From Rhodanobacter sp. (lineage in GTDB: Bacteria; Pseudomonadota; Gammaproteobacteria; Xanthomonadales; Rhodanobacteraceae), in NCBI GenBank assembly GCA_039926605.1, contig JBDSWR010000038.1, positions 21,186 to 85,185 of the forward strand: a stretch of DNA of 64,000 bases, written 5' to 3'. Below the pieces are notes generated by a model. It was not told the origin of the DNA, did no database searches, and saw only the letters and a list, made by a program, of their open reading frames with translations. The position numbers and the translations under genes were made by a program. Within the stretch, counting starts at the first letter, position 1. Each line of letters opens with the position of its first letter. Positions 10,017 through 21,673 of the stretch are shown one piece after another.

Positions 10017-12122
10017 ATGACCGCGCGTGCCCCATCTCCCGTTGCCGTTGATCGCCCGGGCTTGACGCCGGTCGGCAACTTGACGGGCGTGGGTCCGGCG
10101 CTGATCGCCGCGCTGGCCCGCCTTGGTCTGGAGCGGGTGCAGGATCTGTGGTTTCACCTGCCGCTGCGCTACGAAGACAAGACGCGCATCACGTCGCTCA
10201 CGGACCTGCGCGTTGGTGATCGCGCGCAGGTGGTAGGCATCGTCGAAGCGATCGAGCGCGGGTTTCGCTATCGCCCGCAGTTGAAAGTGGCGCTGGGGGC
10301 GGACGGGCATACCCTGCTGCTGCGCTTTTTCCATTTCAATCGCGCCCAGGCCGAGCAATTGCGGCCCGGCGTGCGCCTGCTGTGCTACGGCGATGTGCGG
10401 TACGGTGTGCAAGGGCTGGAGATGGTGCATCCGCAATATCAGCGCGTCGATGACGACGCGGTGCTCAGTGTGGATGCGGCGCTCAGCCCGGTGTATCCCA
10501 CCACTGAAGGTCTTGGGCAGAAACGTCTGGGTGGCGTGATTGCAAAGGCGCTGGCATTGTTGCCGCCCGTCGCCCAGCTCGAGCTGATTCCAGTGGAACT
10601 GTGCGCACGCCACGGACTGACTTCCCTGCGCGACGCGTTGTTGTACGTGCATCGCCCGCCGCCGGACGCGTATCTGCCCCAACTTATGCTCGGCTGCCAT
10701 CCGGCTCAACAACGTCTCGCGTTCGAGGAATTGTTGACCCGGCATTTGAGTTTGCGCCGGATGCGCGAGGCGGTGCGCCGCCGGCACGCGCCCCCGCTCG
10801 GTGGTAGTGGAGCGTTGCGCCAGCAGCTTCTGGCGCAGCTCGCTTTCCAGTTGACTGCCGCGCAACAACGGGTGAGCGCTGAGGTCGCGCAGGATCTTGG
10901 TCAGGCGCATCCGATGTTGCGCCTGGTACAGGGCGATGTCGGCTCGGGCAAGACCGTGGTCGCGGCGCTCGCCGCGCTGGCGGCAGTGGAGTCGGGATAT
11001 CAAGTGGCGTTGATGGCTCCCACGGAATTGCTCGCCGAGCAGCACCTGCGCAATTTTCGGCAGTGGCTGCAGCCGCTGGGTATCGAAGTCGAGTGGCTCG
11101 CGGGCAAGCAGCAGGGCAAGGCGCGCGATCGCGCGCTGCTGCGCGTGGCCGCTGGCGCACCCGTGGTCATCGGCACGAATGCGCTGATGCAGGAGGGTGT
11201 GACGTTTGCGCGACTCGGCCTCGTCATTGTCGACGAGCAGCATCGGTTTGGTGTGCAACAGCGCCTCGCGCTGCGTGACAAGGGCGACCACGGAGCGCAG
11301 GTTCCGCATCAACTGGTGCTTACCGCCACGCCGATACCGCGCACGCTGGCAATGAGCGCGTATGCGGATCTGGACGTGTCGTCCATCGATGAATTGCCAC
11401 CCGGCCGCACGCCAGTGCAAACCATTGCGGTGTCCAATGCGCGGCGCAGCGAAGTTGTCGAACGCATTCGTGCTGCATGCGTTGCTGGCCGCCAGACCTA
11501 TTGGGTATGCACGTTGATCGAGGAATCGGAGCAGCTCCGTGCGCAGGCGGCAGAAGTCGCTCACGCGGAGTTGACGGCGGCACTAAGTGGTTTTCGCGTC
11601 GCCTTGATCCATGGCCGAATGAAGCCGAAGGAAAAGCAGGCCGTGATGGATGCGTTCAAGGCTGGAGACGTTGCCGTGCTGGTGGCAACCACTGTGATCG
11701 AAGTGGGCGTGGACGTTCCCAACGCCAGCTTGATGGTGATCGAGAACAGCGAGCGACTGGGCCTGGCGCAACTGCATCAACTGCGCGGGCGCGTCGGACG
11801 CGGTGCGGTCGCGTCCAATTGTGTGTTGTTGTACCAGCCGCCGCTCGGCCAACTCGCACGCGAGCGCCTGCAGGTAATGCGCGAGACCAGCGACGGCTTT
11901 CGGATCGCCGAGAAAGACCTGCAATTGCGGGGTCCTGGAGAAGTGCTGGGCACGCGGCAGACCGGACAGCTCGCCTTTCGCATCGCCGACCTTGCGCGCG
12001 ATGCACACCTGTTGCCGGCCGTGCAGGAGGTTGGTGAACGCATGTTGATGGACTATCCGCATCAGACCACGCAGCTCATCGAGCGCTGGTTGGGCAGCGT
12101 CGTGCGCTATGTGGATGCGTGA
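10017..12122 (+). CDS. recG: ATP-dependent DNA helicase RecG
   Basis: Wedge domain plus SF2 helicase motifs (GDVGSGKT, DEQHRFG, TATPIPRT, QLHQLRGRVGRG). Confidence 0.95.
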   Translation: MTARAPSPVAVDRPGLTPVGNLTGVGPALIAALARLGLERVQDLWFHLPLRYEDKTRITSLTDLRVGDRAQVVGIVEAIERGFRYRPQLKVALGADGHTLLLRFFHFNRAQAEQLRPGVRLLCYGDVRYGVQGLEMVHPQYQRVDDDAVLSVDAALSPVYPTTEGLGQKRLGGVIAKALALLPPVAQLELIPVELCARHGLTSLRDALLYVHRPPPDAYLPQLMLGCHPAQQRLAFEELLTRHLSLRRMREAVRRRHAPPLGGSGALRQQLLAQLAFQLTAAQQRVSAEVAQDLGQAHPMLRLVQGDVGSGKTVVAALAALAAVESGYQVALMAPTELLAEQHLRNFRQWLQPLGIEVEWLAGKQQGKARDRALLRVAAGAPVVIGTNALMQEGVTFARLGLVIVDEQHRFGVQQRLALRDKGDHGAQVPHQLVLTATPIPRTLAMSAYADLDVSSIDELPPGRTPVQTIAVSNARRSEVVERIRAACVAGRQTYWVCTLIEESEQLRAQAAEVAHAELTAALSGFRVALIHGRMKPKEKQAVMDAFKAGDVAVLVATTVIEVGVDVPNASLMVIENSERLGLAQLHQLRGRVGRGAVASNCVLLYQPPLGQLARERLQVMRETSDGFRIAEKDLQLRGPGEVLGTRQTGQLAFRIADLARDAHLLPAVQEVGERMLMDYPHQTTQLIERWLGSVVRYVDA

Positions 12123-12216
12123 GTGTGGATGTTGCCGGATGCCGTCCCTGGCGCCACCGCATGCCGCGTTCTGCGTTCCATTAAACTAGCCCGTTGATCC
12201 AAACAGTCACCCCTCC

Positions 12217-13152
12217 ATGACCAGACCGCAACTGCTGATTGATACCGACCCCGGCGTCGACGATGCATTGGCGATCCTGATGGCGCATGCCGGCGCCGAC
12301 ATTGCCGGCCTGAGTATCGCCGCCGGCAATGTCGGCTTGCGCCATACCTTGCGCAACGCGCGCGTGCTGGTTGATCTGCTGGGGGCACAGGTGCCGATAT
12401 TTGCCGGCTGCGCCACGCCGTTGGTGCGTGAACAGCCTGAGGATGCCGCATTCGTGCACGGGCATGACGGATTTGGCGATGTCGGTTTTCCCGAACCGGT
12501 GGTGGTCCCCGCTGAAGAGTCGGCTGCACTGGCATTGTTACGCCTGACCCGGGAGCGCCCTGGCGCGCTGACGCTGGTGGCTCTGGCACCGCTGACGAAT
12601 CTGGCGCTGGCGCTGCGCCTGGACCCCACGCTACCGGAACGCGTTGCCCGTCTGGTGATCATGGGCGGCGCAGTCACCGCGCACGGCAACACGAGCAACC
12701 TGCCGGCCGAATTCAATATCGGCTTCGATCCGGAGGCTGCGCACATCGTCTTTGCGTCCTTCCCGCAATTTGACCTGGTCGACTGGGAAGCTTCCCTGCG
12801 CCATGCCTTCGACACCTCGGTGTTTGATGCATGGCTGCAGGCGGGCGACCGACGCGCCCGGTTTTATGCGCAGATTGCGCACACGTCGCGTGAGTACAAC
12901 GAGCGTCACGCACGACGCGGGGTGATTGCCGCGGACGCACTGGCGATGGCTGTTGCGCTCGATCCGTCGATCATTGTCCGCAGCGCGCAGCATGCGGTGG
13001 CGGTGGAACTGGACGGGCGCCTGACTCGCGGTGCAACGGTCGTGGATTGGACCAATCGTCTGGGCCAACCCGCGCAAGCCAGGATTGTGCTGGAGGTTGA
13101 CCAACCGCGCTTTGCGCACATGGTGCAGCGTGCGCTGGGCGTGCCGGTCTGA
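12217..13152 (+). CDS. Nucleoside hydrolase (IUNH family)
   Basis: N-terminal LLIDTDPGVDDALAILMA aspartate cluster, typical of inosine/uridine-preferring nucleoside hydrolases. Confidence 0.85.
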   Translation: MTRPQLLIDTDPGVDDALAILMAHAGADIAGLSIAAGNVGLRHTLRNARVLVDLLGAQVPIFAGCATPLVREQPEDAAFVHGHDGFGDVGFPEPVVVPAEESAALALLRLTRERPGALTLVALAPLTNLALALRLDPTLPERVARLVIMGGAVTAHGNTSNLPAEFNIGFDPEAAHIVFASFPQFDLVDWEASLRHAFDTSVFDAWLQAGDRRARFYAQIAHTSREYNERHARRGVIAADALAMAVALDPSIIVRSAQHAVAVELDGRLTRGATVVDWTNRLGQPAQARIVLEVDQPRFAHMVQRALGVPV

Positions 13153-13239
13153 GTACGTCGTTGGCGGCATGGGCGGCGTTGCTGCCGCATGCCGGTAGTT
13201 GAGCGAACCCTTGGGCGTAGCGCGCGCAAGCCACGCAGC

Positions 13240-13269
13240 TTGCGGGCAGCAGCAGTTCATCGTTACAAT
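13240..13269 (+). promoter_or_regulatory. Candidate sigma70 promoter for L31 type B
   Basis: TTGCGG, an 18-nt spacer, then TACAAT, about 35 nt upstream of the ATG at 13303. Pattern match only. Confidence 0.35.
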
Positions 13270-13302
13270 ACCGGTCTTTTCACCGCCGCTTTAGAGCCAG
13301 TC

Positions 13303-13590
13303 ATGAAGCCTGATATTCATCCCAGTTACAAACCGGTGGTGTTCCAGGACATGTCGTCCGACTTCTCGTTCCTGACCAAGTCGACCATGTCCAGCAAGGA
13401 AACCATCAAGTGGGAAGATGGCGAGGAGTACCCACTGATCAAGGTGGATATTTCCAGCCATTCGCACCCGTTTTACACCGGCAAGCAAAAGACGCTGGAC
13501 GTTGGCGGCCGCGTCGACAAGTTCCGCCGCCGTTACGCCGGCTCGGTCAAAGAGGACGACTCCAAAGCGGCCGACGCTGTCAAGGAGTAA
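13303..13590 (+). CDS. rpmE2: 50S ribosomal protein L31, type B (no Cys zinc motif)
   Basis: [28 protein letters not shown]...[13 protein letters not shown] has L31 type B hallmarks and lacks the CxxC pairs. Acidic C-terminal tail. Confidence 0.9.
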   Translation: MKPDIHPSYKPVVFQDMSSDFSFLTKSTMSSKETIKWEDGEEYPLIKVDISSHSHPFYTGKQKTLDVGGRVDKFRRRYAGSVKEDDSKAADAVKE

Positions 13591-13636
13591 GCCTTCACCG
13601 ACGGGCCAGGCGCCTGTTGGCAGATGCAACCATCTG

Positions 13637-13671
13637 ACACGTGGCTGATGCAAATCAACCACGTGTTTTTT
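13637..13671 (+). terminator. Intrinsic terminator after rpmE2
   Basis: ACACGTGG, a 14-nt loop, CCACGTGT, then TTTTTT. Confidence 0.6.
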
Positions 13672-13849
13672 CGCGCCTGCAAGCCGGCGATGATGCCCAG
13701 ATGTAGCTGCGCCCTTGTGCAATAATATCCGGTGGAAGGCGCCTGCGGCGCCGCTTGCGCCGCCCGCTTCCCGGTCTCGGCGCCCTTTCCGTGCTGGTCG
13801 ACGCCTGGTGGGCGTCGCTGGCGCCGTCCTGAATGCAAGGAGTTGTCCC

Positions 13850-15145
13850 GTGTCCGAATCCAATGTCGTCAAGCTGGTCGATGAATCGAACCACAGCAGT
13901 GCCGAGCTACCGCTGATCAGCGGCACGCTGGGACCCGCGTGCATCGACATCAGTACGTTGTACAAGAACACGGGTCATTTCACCTTTGATCCGGGGTTTG
14001 CCAGCACCGCAAGCACCAAAAGTGCGATCACGTTCATCGATGGCAACAAGGGCGTGCTGCTGTATCGCGGGTATCCCATCGAGCAGCTCGCGGCCAACTC
14101 GACTTTCCTCGAAGTGGCATACCTGCTGCTGAATGGCGAGCTGCCGAAGCCGGTCGAATATGCCGCGTTCGAGGATCAGGTTTCGCATCACACGATGATG
14201 CATGAGTCGCTGAAGAACTTCTTCCAGGGCTTCCACCACGACGCGCATCCGATGGCCATGCTGGCTGCATCGGTGGCTTCGCTGTCGGCGTTCTATCATG
14301 ATGATCTGAGCGTCGACGATCCGGCCGATCGCAAGCTCGCGGCCATCCGCCTGCTCGCCAAGATGCCGACGATCGCCGCGGCCTGCTACCGCTACTCGAT
14401 TGGCTGGCCGCTGCGCTATCCGCGCAACAACCTGCAGTACGTCGATCGCTTTTTGCACATGATGTTCGAAGTACCCAGCGAGCCGCTGGAGATGAACCCG
14501 GTCGCGGCCAAGGCGCTGGATCTGCTGTTCATCCTGCATGCTGATCACGAGCAGAACGCGTCAACCTCGACCGTACGTCTGGTGGGTTCGACCGGGGCCA
14601 ACCCGTATGCCTCGATCGCTGCAGGCATTACCGCGTTGTGGGGGCCGGCCCATGGCGGCGCGAATGAAGCGGTGCTCAAGCAGCTCAAGGAGATTGGTTC
14701 GCCCGACAACGTGGAGTCGGCGGTCCTGCGCGCCAAGGACAAGAACGACAGCTTCCGTCTGATGGGCTTTGGCCATCGCGTATACAAGAACTTCGACCCG
14801 CGGGCGCAGATCATCCGCAAGATGTGCCATGCCGTGCTGGACGAACTCGGGGTGCATGACCCACTGCTGGAAGTGGCACTGAAACTGGAAGAGGCCGCGC
14901 TGAAGGATGAGTACTTCATCAGCCACAAGCTGTATCCAAACGTCGACTTCTATTCGGGGCTGATCTACAAGGCGCTGGGAATTCCCACCGAGATGTTTAC
15001 CGTGATGTTTGCGATCGCGCGCACCGCCGGCTGGATCGCCAACTGGATCGAGCAGCATGAAACACCCGGATCGCGCATTGGCCGACCGCGGCAGGTGTAC
15101 ACCGGTGCGGTGCAGCGCGACTACAAACCGGCGGCTGCGCGTTGA
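13850..15145 (+). CDS. gltA: Citrate synthase (type II)
   Basis: A GltA-like sequence throughout ([13 protein letters not shown], catalytic His/Asp context). GTG at 13850 lies 8 nt after AAGGA and gives about 431 aa. The ORF-track start at 13715 adds an Arg/Pro-rich, non-homologous extension. Confidence 0.93.
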   Translation: MSESNVVKLVDESNHSSAELPLISGTLGPACIDISTLYKNTGHFTFDPGFASTASTKSAITFIDGNKGVLLYRGYPIEQLAANSTFLEVAYLLLNGELPKPVEYAAFEDQVSHHTMMHESLKNFFQGFHHDAHPMAMLAASVASLSAFYHDDLSVDDPADRKLAAIRLLAKMPTIAAACYRYSIGWPLRYPRNNLQYVDRFLHMMFEVPSEPLEMNPVAAKALDLLFILHADHEQNASTSTVRLVGSTGANPYASIAAGITALWGPAHGGANEAVLKQLKEIGSPDNVESAVLRAKDKNDSFRLMGFGHRVYKNFDPRAQIIRKMCHAVLDELGVHDPLLEVALKLEEAALKDEYFISHKLYPNVDFYSGLIYKALGIPTEMFTVMFAIARTAGWIANWIEQHETPGSRIGRPRQVYTGAVQRDYKPAAAR

Positions 15146-15208
15146 CTTGTTGGTTTTCAGCTGTTGGCAGTGCAGCGTAGGGCCCGCCCGGACGCACCCG
15201 AGGCGGGC

Positions 15209-15880
15209 TCAGAGTGCGGCGCAAGCAGGCCCCGGCTCGGCTGCGGCTGCATCTTCCTGGCGCAGCAGGGTTTGCAACTGCGACAGTGATGCACGACGCA
15301 TCGGGCGATCGCCGGTGCGGTCCAGCGGCGCCTGGCGTAGCGACCGGCGCGGCAACACCGTCAAATCAAAGGGAAGGCCGTCGGCGCTGAACAGCAGCAC
15401 CGGATAGTCACCGTGCGTGTTGAGGCTGTCACGCACGCGGCGACTCTGCACTTCCAGTGGAACGCCGTGTTCTTGCAGGACGCGGCTCGGCGCGTCGACA
15501 TCATCGCTGAAGACCTGCAGGCATACCGCCGAGTGCGCGTCAGCGGTGCCATCCAGGACGGCGCCAACCAGACGCGGATCCCACGCAGCGAGGAAAGTCA
15601 TCGCCGCCACCGCCGCTTCACGCCGTTCACGCAGCCATCGCGGTTGGCTGTCCGCCAGAAACAACCGTTGATATTCGCGTAGTGCCTGCTCGATCTCGAC
15701 ATTGCGCGGCAGCGACTGAGTGTCGGCGATGCCCAACTGTCCTGCGGCCTTGAGCTTGGCGTGGTGAAAGTCGCGGATGCCGTGCTCACTCATCAGCCGG
15801 GCGGCCTCCTGGGCGATGCGCAAGCGATTGCGCCGCGCCTTGTCCACCGCGTACACCGAATGATCCTGCATTCTGGGCAT
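15209..15880 (-). CDS. Hypothetical protein, family not recognised
   Basis: A 223-aa ORF with good third-position GC and an N-terminal basic helix (RRNRLRIAQEAARLMSEHGIRDF). No family confidently recognised. Confidence 0.6.
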   Translation of the reverse strand: MPRMQDHSVYAVDKARRNRLRIAQEAARLMSEHGIRDFHHAKLKAAGQLGIADTQSLPRNVEIEQALREYQRLFLADSQPRWLRERREAAVAAMTFLAAWDPRLVGAVLDGTADAHSAVCLQVFSDDVDAPSRVLQEHGVPLEVQSRRVRDSLNTHGDYPVLLFSADGLPFDLTVLPRRSLRQAPLDRTGDRPMRRASLSQLQTLLRQEDAAAAEPGPACAAL

Positions 15881-15928
15881 GGCTCGCTCCTGCTCATGTG
15901 CCGCGGTGAGTGCCGGGGCTGTCCGCGG

Positions 15929-18451
15929 TCAGAAGATATCGTAAGCGTGTTGCTGGTCCTGCTGCTGCTGGGCTGCCTGCTTGCGCAGCCGATCGACGTC
16001 TTCCACCTTGAGTATCTCACTCATGGCGTTCGGGTCATCGGAACTAGTGGGTAATCCGCTGTCGCGGTTGATCAGCACGGTACTGATTCCCGGCGGCATG
16101 GGCAGCGACTTCAGTGGCAGGTCCTGCAGTGCACTGCGCATGAAATTCATCCAGATGGGCAACGCGGCCTTGGCACCAAATTCGCCCCGTCCGAGCGAGC
16201 CGTAGTCGTCAAAGCCGACCCACACTGCGGTAGCCAAGTCGCCATTGAAACCGGCAAACCATGCATCGCGATGATCATTGGTGGAACCGGTCTTGCCAGC
16301 CAGATCAGCGCGGTCCAGCGCACGCGCAGCGGAACCGGTGCCGCGCAGGATCACATCCTTCATCAGCGAGGTAATCAGATAATCGTTGCGTGGGCCGATA
16401 ACGCGCGGTGCCAGCACCGGTGGATGCTGGCTTTCAGCGTGGACGTCGGCGGGCAATATGGCGTCACCCACCCCGTCGACGCTGGCTGGCGCCGCCGGTC
16501 CGCTGCCGGCATGAGCGACCTGATTGGACGGCGTCGTATTCATCTGAGCCGGCGGCGGGCCGGGTGGCGTGGTGTCAAGCAGACGTTCCTGGCAGTCGCC
16601 GCAGGCGCGCGCAGGGTTGGCCACGTACACGGCGGTGCCGTTGCGATCGTCGATTTCGCTGATGAAATAGGGCGTGATCAAGTAGCCGCCGTTGGCGAAC
16701 ACCGCATAGCCACGCGCCATCCCCATGGGCGATACCGACGCGGTACCCAGCGCCATCGACAAGTTGGCCGGTATCGCGTCCCGGGAGAAGCCGAAACGGG
16801 TCACATAGTCGCGTACGTAGCGCACGCCGACCGCGTCGAGCAGCCGCACGGAGACCAGATTCTTCGACTGCACCAGCGCCTCGCGCAAGCGCATCGGGCC
16901 GGCAAATTTTCCGTCGTCGTTGGACGGCGTCCACAAACCGTTGGGACGTGACGGGTCAGGCAATGCCAGCGGTGCATCGTTGACAATCGATGCCGGGGTG
17001 AAGCCACGCGCGAACGCGGCCGAGTACAGGTACGGCTTGAAGCTGGACCCCGGCTGGCGGGCAGCCATCACCGCGCGGTTGAATTTGCTGCGGCTGAAAT
17101 TGAAGCCGCCAACCAGAGCCTGGATCGAGCCGTCCTCGGGATTGATCGAGGTAAGCGCACCTTGCGCTGCGGGAATCTGCGCGAGCTGCCACGCGCCTTC
17201 CTTGTCACGCAAAACGCGGATGATGTCCCCGCGCGCGAGGACCTTGCTGACGTTCGTCGGAGCTGCACCCACTCGATCCGCGCTCAGATGCGGGCGCGCC
17301 CAGGCCATGGCCGCGAGATTCAGTACCGCGTTGTCTCCGCTTGCGAGGTACACACGGGCTTGTTTGGCGTCGCTGCTGATCACCAGGCCCGGTTGCAGGC
17401 CGGAAATTGGCGGGTAGTTGGCCAGCGCCCGCGCATAGGCCTCAGCGTCGGCGTCCGCTGCCAGCTCGATATGTGCCTCCGGGCCGCGCCACCCATGGCG
17501 ACGGTCGTAAGTCATCAGCCCGTCACGCAATGCAATCACGGCGGCCTGCTGGCGCGCGCTCTGCACTGTGGTGTGCACAACGTAACCTTCGGTGAGCGCT
17601 TCGTTGCCGAAACGATCGAGTACCTGCCTGCGCACCATCTCGGCCAGATACGGCGCGTCTACCGCAATCGGTTGCTCATGCGCGAAGGCAAGATTGGGTT
17701 CGGCCGTCGCCTGCTCGTAAACGCCGCGGGTGATGTAATTATGCCGCAGCATCTCGCTCAACACCCAGTTGCGGCGCGCCAGCATGCGTTTGGGACTGTT
17801 GATCGGGTTGACCGCGGAGGGCAACTGGAAGGTCGAGGCGATTGCCGCGCACTCGGCCACCGTCAACTGGTCAAGCGTCTTGCCGTAGTAGTACTCCGCC
17901 GCTGCGGCCACACCGTAGGAACGGTGGCCAAGGAACATCTTGTTGAGATAGAGCTCGAGGATCTGGTCCTTGCCCAGCTCATGCTCGATGCTCAGCGCGA
18001 TGAAAATTTCAGTGAGCTTGCGCGAGTACAGTTTCTCCGGGCTGAGAAAGAAGTTGCGTGCAACCTGCTGAGTGATCGTCGAGCCGCCAGGTCCCTTGTC
18101 GCCACCGGTAATAACGACGTGCCAACCCGCGCGTACGATGCCGTGCCAGTCGACGCCGGGATGGCTGTAGAAATCCGCGTCCTCGGCTGCCAGAACGGCG
18201 TGCTTCAATCGCTCCGGCACGTTGGCGATGGCCACCGGTATGCGTCGGGTTTCACCGAAGGTGGCGATCAGCTTGCCGTCGGCGCTGAGGACGCGCAGCG
18301 GCACCTGCATGTGATAGTCCTTGAGTGCGGCAACATCCGGGAGCCGGGGGGCGATCAACCAGTAAGCGACACCGATGGCAATGACTGCCAGCAGCAAACC
18401 AGAGAGCGCTAGAATCGACGCCCAACGCAGGAAACGTTTGAAAATACGCAT
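15929..18451 (-). CDS. mrcA: Penicillin-binding protein 1A (bifunctional glycosyltransferase/transpeptidase)
   Basis: GT51 motifs (EDADFYSHPGVD, GGSTITQQ), transpeptidase SSFKP and KTGST. Divergent from pilM, as in Pseudomonas and Xanthomonas. Confidence 0.95.
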   Translation of the reverse strand: MRIFKRFLRWASILALSGLLLAVIAIGVAYWLIAPRLPDVAALKDYHMQVPLRVLSADGKLIATFGETRRIPVAIANVPERLKHAVLAAEDADFYSHPGVDWHGIVRAGWHVVITGGDKGPGGSTITQQVARNFFLSPEKLYSRKLTEIFIALSIEHELGKDQILELYLNKMFLGHRSYGVAAAAEYYYGKTLDQLTVAECAAIASTFQLPSAVNPINSPKRMLARRNWVLSEMLRHNYITRGVYEQATAEPNLAFAHEQPIAVDAPYLAEMVRRQVLDRFGNEALTEGYVVHTTVQSARQQAAVIALRDGLMTYDRRHGWRGPEAHIELAADADAEAYARALANYPPISGLQPGLVISSDAKQARVYLASGDNAVLNLAAMAWARPHLSADRVGAAPTNVSKVLARGDIIRVLRDKEGAWQLAQIPAAQGALTSINPEDGSIQALVGGFNFSRSKFNRAVMAARQPGSSFKPYLYSAAFARGFTPASIVNDAPLALPDPSRPNGLWTPSNDDGKFAGPMRLREALVQSKNLVSVRLLDAVGVRYVRDYVTRFGFSRDAIPANLSMALGTASVSPMGMARGYAVFANGGYLITPYFISEIDDRNGTAVYVANPARACGDCQERLLDTTPPGPPPAQMNTTPSNQVAHAGSGPAAPASVDGVGDAILPADVHAESQHPPVLAPRVIGPRNDYLITSLMKDVILRGTGSAARALDRADLAGKTGSTNDHRDAWFAGFNGDLATAVWVGFDDYGSLGRGEFGAKAALPIWMNFMRSALQDLPLKSLPMPPGISTVLINRDSGLPTSSDDPNAMSEILKVEDVDRLRKQAAQQQQDQQHAYDIF

Positions 18452-18602
18452 GGTGTGGGGATAGTGAGACCTGGGTCCGAGCAGGACAGAGTATACGGGG
18501 AGCAGTATTCATCGACCCGGGCGTGCGGCCGACCACCAACTCAGGGCCCGTTGTCCATAATGTGCCAGACATCACGTCATTTACTTGAGAAAGTTTGCAT
18601 AG

Positions 18603-19753
<1,151 letters not shown>

Positions 19754-19754
<1 letters not shown>

Positions 19755-20419
19755 TGGCACATGTGAATCTACTTCCCTGGCGCGCAGAACGACGCAAGCA
19801 GCGTGAACGCGAGTTCTACATGCAGCTCGTCACCGCGTTCCTGGTTGGCGTGGGCGTACTGCTGCTGTGGCTGTTCTGGATGAACCAGCGCATTGACAAC
19901 CAGAATGAGCGCAACGCCTATCTGCAGAATGAGATCAAGCAACTCGACGTGCGCATCGCCAAGATCGCGGATCTGGATCGCGTGCGTGATCACCTGCTGG
20001 CGCGCAAGCAGATCATCGAGCAACTCCAGGCGGACCGCTCGCAGATGGTGCATTTGTTTGACGAGTTGGTAAAAACCATCCCCGCCAGCTCGCGCCTGAC
20101 CGGCCTCAAGCAAAGTGGCCAGGCGATGTCCCTGGATGGCGTTGCCCAGTCCAATGCGAGCGTTGCCGAATACATGCGCAATATTGAAAGCTCACCGTGG
20201 ATGGGCCATGCCGACTTGCGCAAGACCGAAAACACGCACGATTCCAGTCGCATGCCGTACGCGTTTGGCCTGGATGTTGGCCTGAGCCGCCCGAAGGTCG
20301 ATGAGGCCGGAGCGGGCGATGATGCGCCGCTTGGCGCGTCGTCTGCGTCGCTTGCGCCCGTCGCGGCGCCCGTCAAGCCAGCCCCGGCGGCACCTGCCAA
20401 CGCGGGGAGCACGCCATGA
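19754..20419 (+). CDS. pilN: Type IV pilus assembly protein PilN
   Basis: MAHVNLLPWRAERRKQRE motif plus one TM helix. ATGA overlap with the pilM stop. The ORF-track start at 19631 lies inside pilM. Confidence 0.9.
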
Positions 20420-21108
20420 AGTTTTTCGACGAACTGCGCAGTCTTGATCGCAACAACGTCGGTGGTTGGGCGCCGTCCATCAAGATTTTCTTCACCACGC
20501 TGGTATTTGCCGTGGTGCTGCTGGTTGGCTGGTATTTCATTATCAGTAACAAGCAGGATGCATTGACCACACTGGCGGGACAGGAAGTAACGCTCAAGGC
20601 CGACTTCTCCACCAAACAGGCGAAGTCAGTCAATCTTGAGGCTCTGCAGCAACAGCTTGACGAGATGCAGGACATGCTGCGCCAGTTGCTGCGGCAATTG
20701 CCGAGCAAGACGGAAATGCCGGAGCTGCTGGTGGACATTTCGCAAACCGCCTTGTCTGCGGGTCTGGAGTCGGACCTGTTCCAGCCCGGTCCCGAGACTC
20801 TCAAGGACTTCTACGCGGAAAAGCCGATCACCTTGCACATGAGCGGCACCTATCATCAGTTCGGCACTTTCATCAGCGGCGTGGCGTCGTTGCCGCGAGT
20901 GGTCATTCTCACCTTGCACGATGTTTCGCTGACGCCAAAGCCGACGGGCAAGGATGCCAAGGGCAAGGTGCTTCCCGACAGCAGTGGCCAGTTGATCTTG
21001 CAAGGTACGGTGAAAACCTACCGGTATCTGGATGACGAGGAAACTGCCGCGGAGGCGACGAAACAGGATGCGAAGGGTGCCAAGGGCGCCAAAGGGGCGG
21101 CGAAATGA
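20416..21108 (+). CDS. pilO: Type IV pilus assembly protein PilO
   Basis: A TM helix, a coiled coil and a PilO core (MPELLVDISQTALSAGL). ATGA overlap with pilN. Confidence 0.9.
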   Translation: MKFFDELRSLDRNNVGGWAPSIKIFFTTLVFAVVLLVGWYFIISNKQDALTTLAGQEVTLKADFSTKQAKSVNLEALQQQLDEMQDMLRQLLRQLPSKTEMPELLVDISQTALSAGLESDLFQPGPETLKDFYAEKPITLHMSGTYHQFGTFISGVASLPRVVILTLHDVSLTPKPTGKDAKGKVLPDSSGQLILQGTVKTYRYLDDEETAAEATKQDAKGAKGAKGAAK

Positions 21109-21653
21109 TCAGGGTTTCCGCCATCGCGCGCATGCGCACGCTGCAGTGGGTGCTGCTGCTGGCCACTGCGGTTTTCCTCAGCGGCTGCACGCGCGGCATG
21201 TCCGACCTACGCGGCTGGGTCGCGCAAGAGAAGGCCAAGAAAGGCGCGCCGATTCAGCCACTGCCGGTGATCAAGACATTCGAGACATTCGCCTATGCCG
21301 ATCAGGACAAACGCGACCCGTTCAGTCCAGGTACTGCCGAATTGCAGTCGGACACCGGCGGCGCCACGAGCGGACCGCGCCCAGACGCCGACCGTGCAAA
21401 GCAACCGCTGGAAATGTTTGCACTGGACAGTTTGAAGATGGTCGGCACAGTTGGCGCGGGTGCCAATACGCAGGCATTGATCAAGGATCCGCAGAGCGTG
21501 ATTCATCGCGTCCGCGTGGGTGAGTATCTGGGACAGAACTACGGGCATGTCACCGTGGTCAGCGACGGCCACATCGACCTCGTCGAGATGGTCTCCAACG
21601 GTAGTGGTGGCTGGATGGAACGTCCTGCCAGCATCGCGCTCAGCGAGAAATAG
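21105..21653 (+). CDS. pilP: Type IV pilus assembly lipoprotein PilP
   Basis: Lipobox FLSGC, RDPF motif and a C-terminal beta domain. ATGA overlap with pilO. Confidence 0.85.
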   Translation: MIRVSAIARMRTLQWVLLLATAVFLSGCTRGMSDLRGWVAQEKAKKGAPIQPLPVIKTFETFAYADQDKRDPFSPGTAELQSDTGGATSGPRPDADRAKQPLEMFALDSLKMVGTVGAGANTQALIKDPQSVIHRVRVGEYLGQNYGHVTVVSDGHIDLVEMVSNGSGGWMERPASIALSEK

Positions 21654-21673
21654 GAATACTAGGGGCTGTTGCA

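Noticed and set aside
7842-11564. A 1240-aa minus-strand ORF, the longest in the track, spanning spoT, ridA and recG.
   Set aside because: - It is antisense to three genes with unmistakable motifs.
- Its translation is Arg/His/Gln/Ala-rich with no recognisable domain.
- It crosses two intergenic regions.
- Long stop-free antisense frames are expected at this GC content.
13715-13849. N-terminal extensions suggested by ORF-track starts for gltA (13715), the FAH gene (35687), ilvE (49867), trmB (58165), metF (48405), the DUF4381 gene (25703), pilN (19631), mscL (34584) and rimK (55007).
   Set aside because: - The extensions are Arg/Pro/Ala-rich and non-homologous to the family N-termini.
- They often overlap the upstream gene.
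- Internal starts with Shine-Dalgarno-like motifs reproduce the canonical protein starts.
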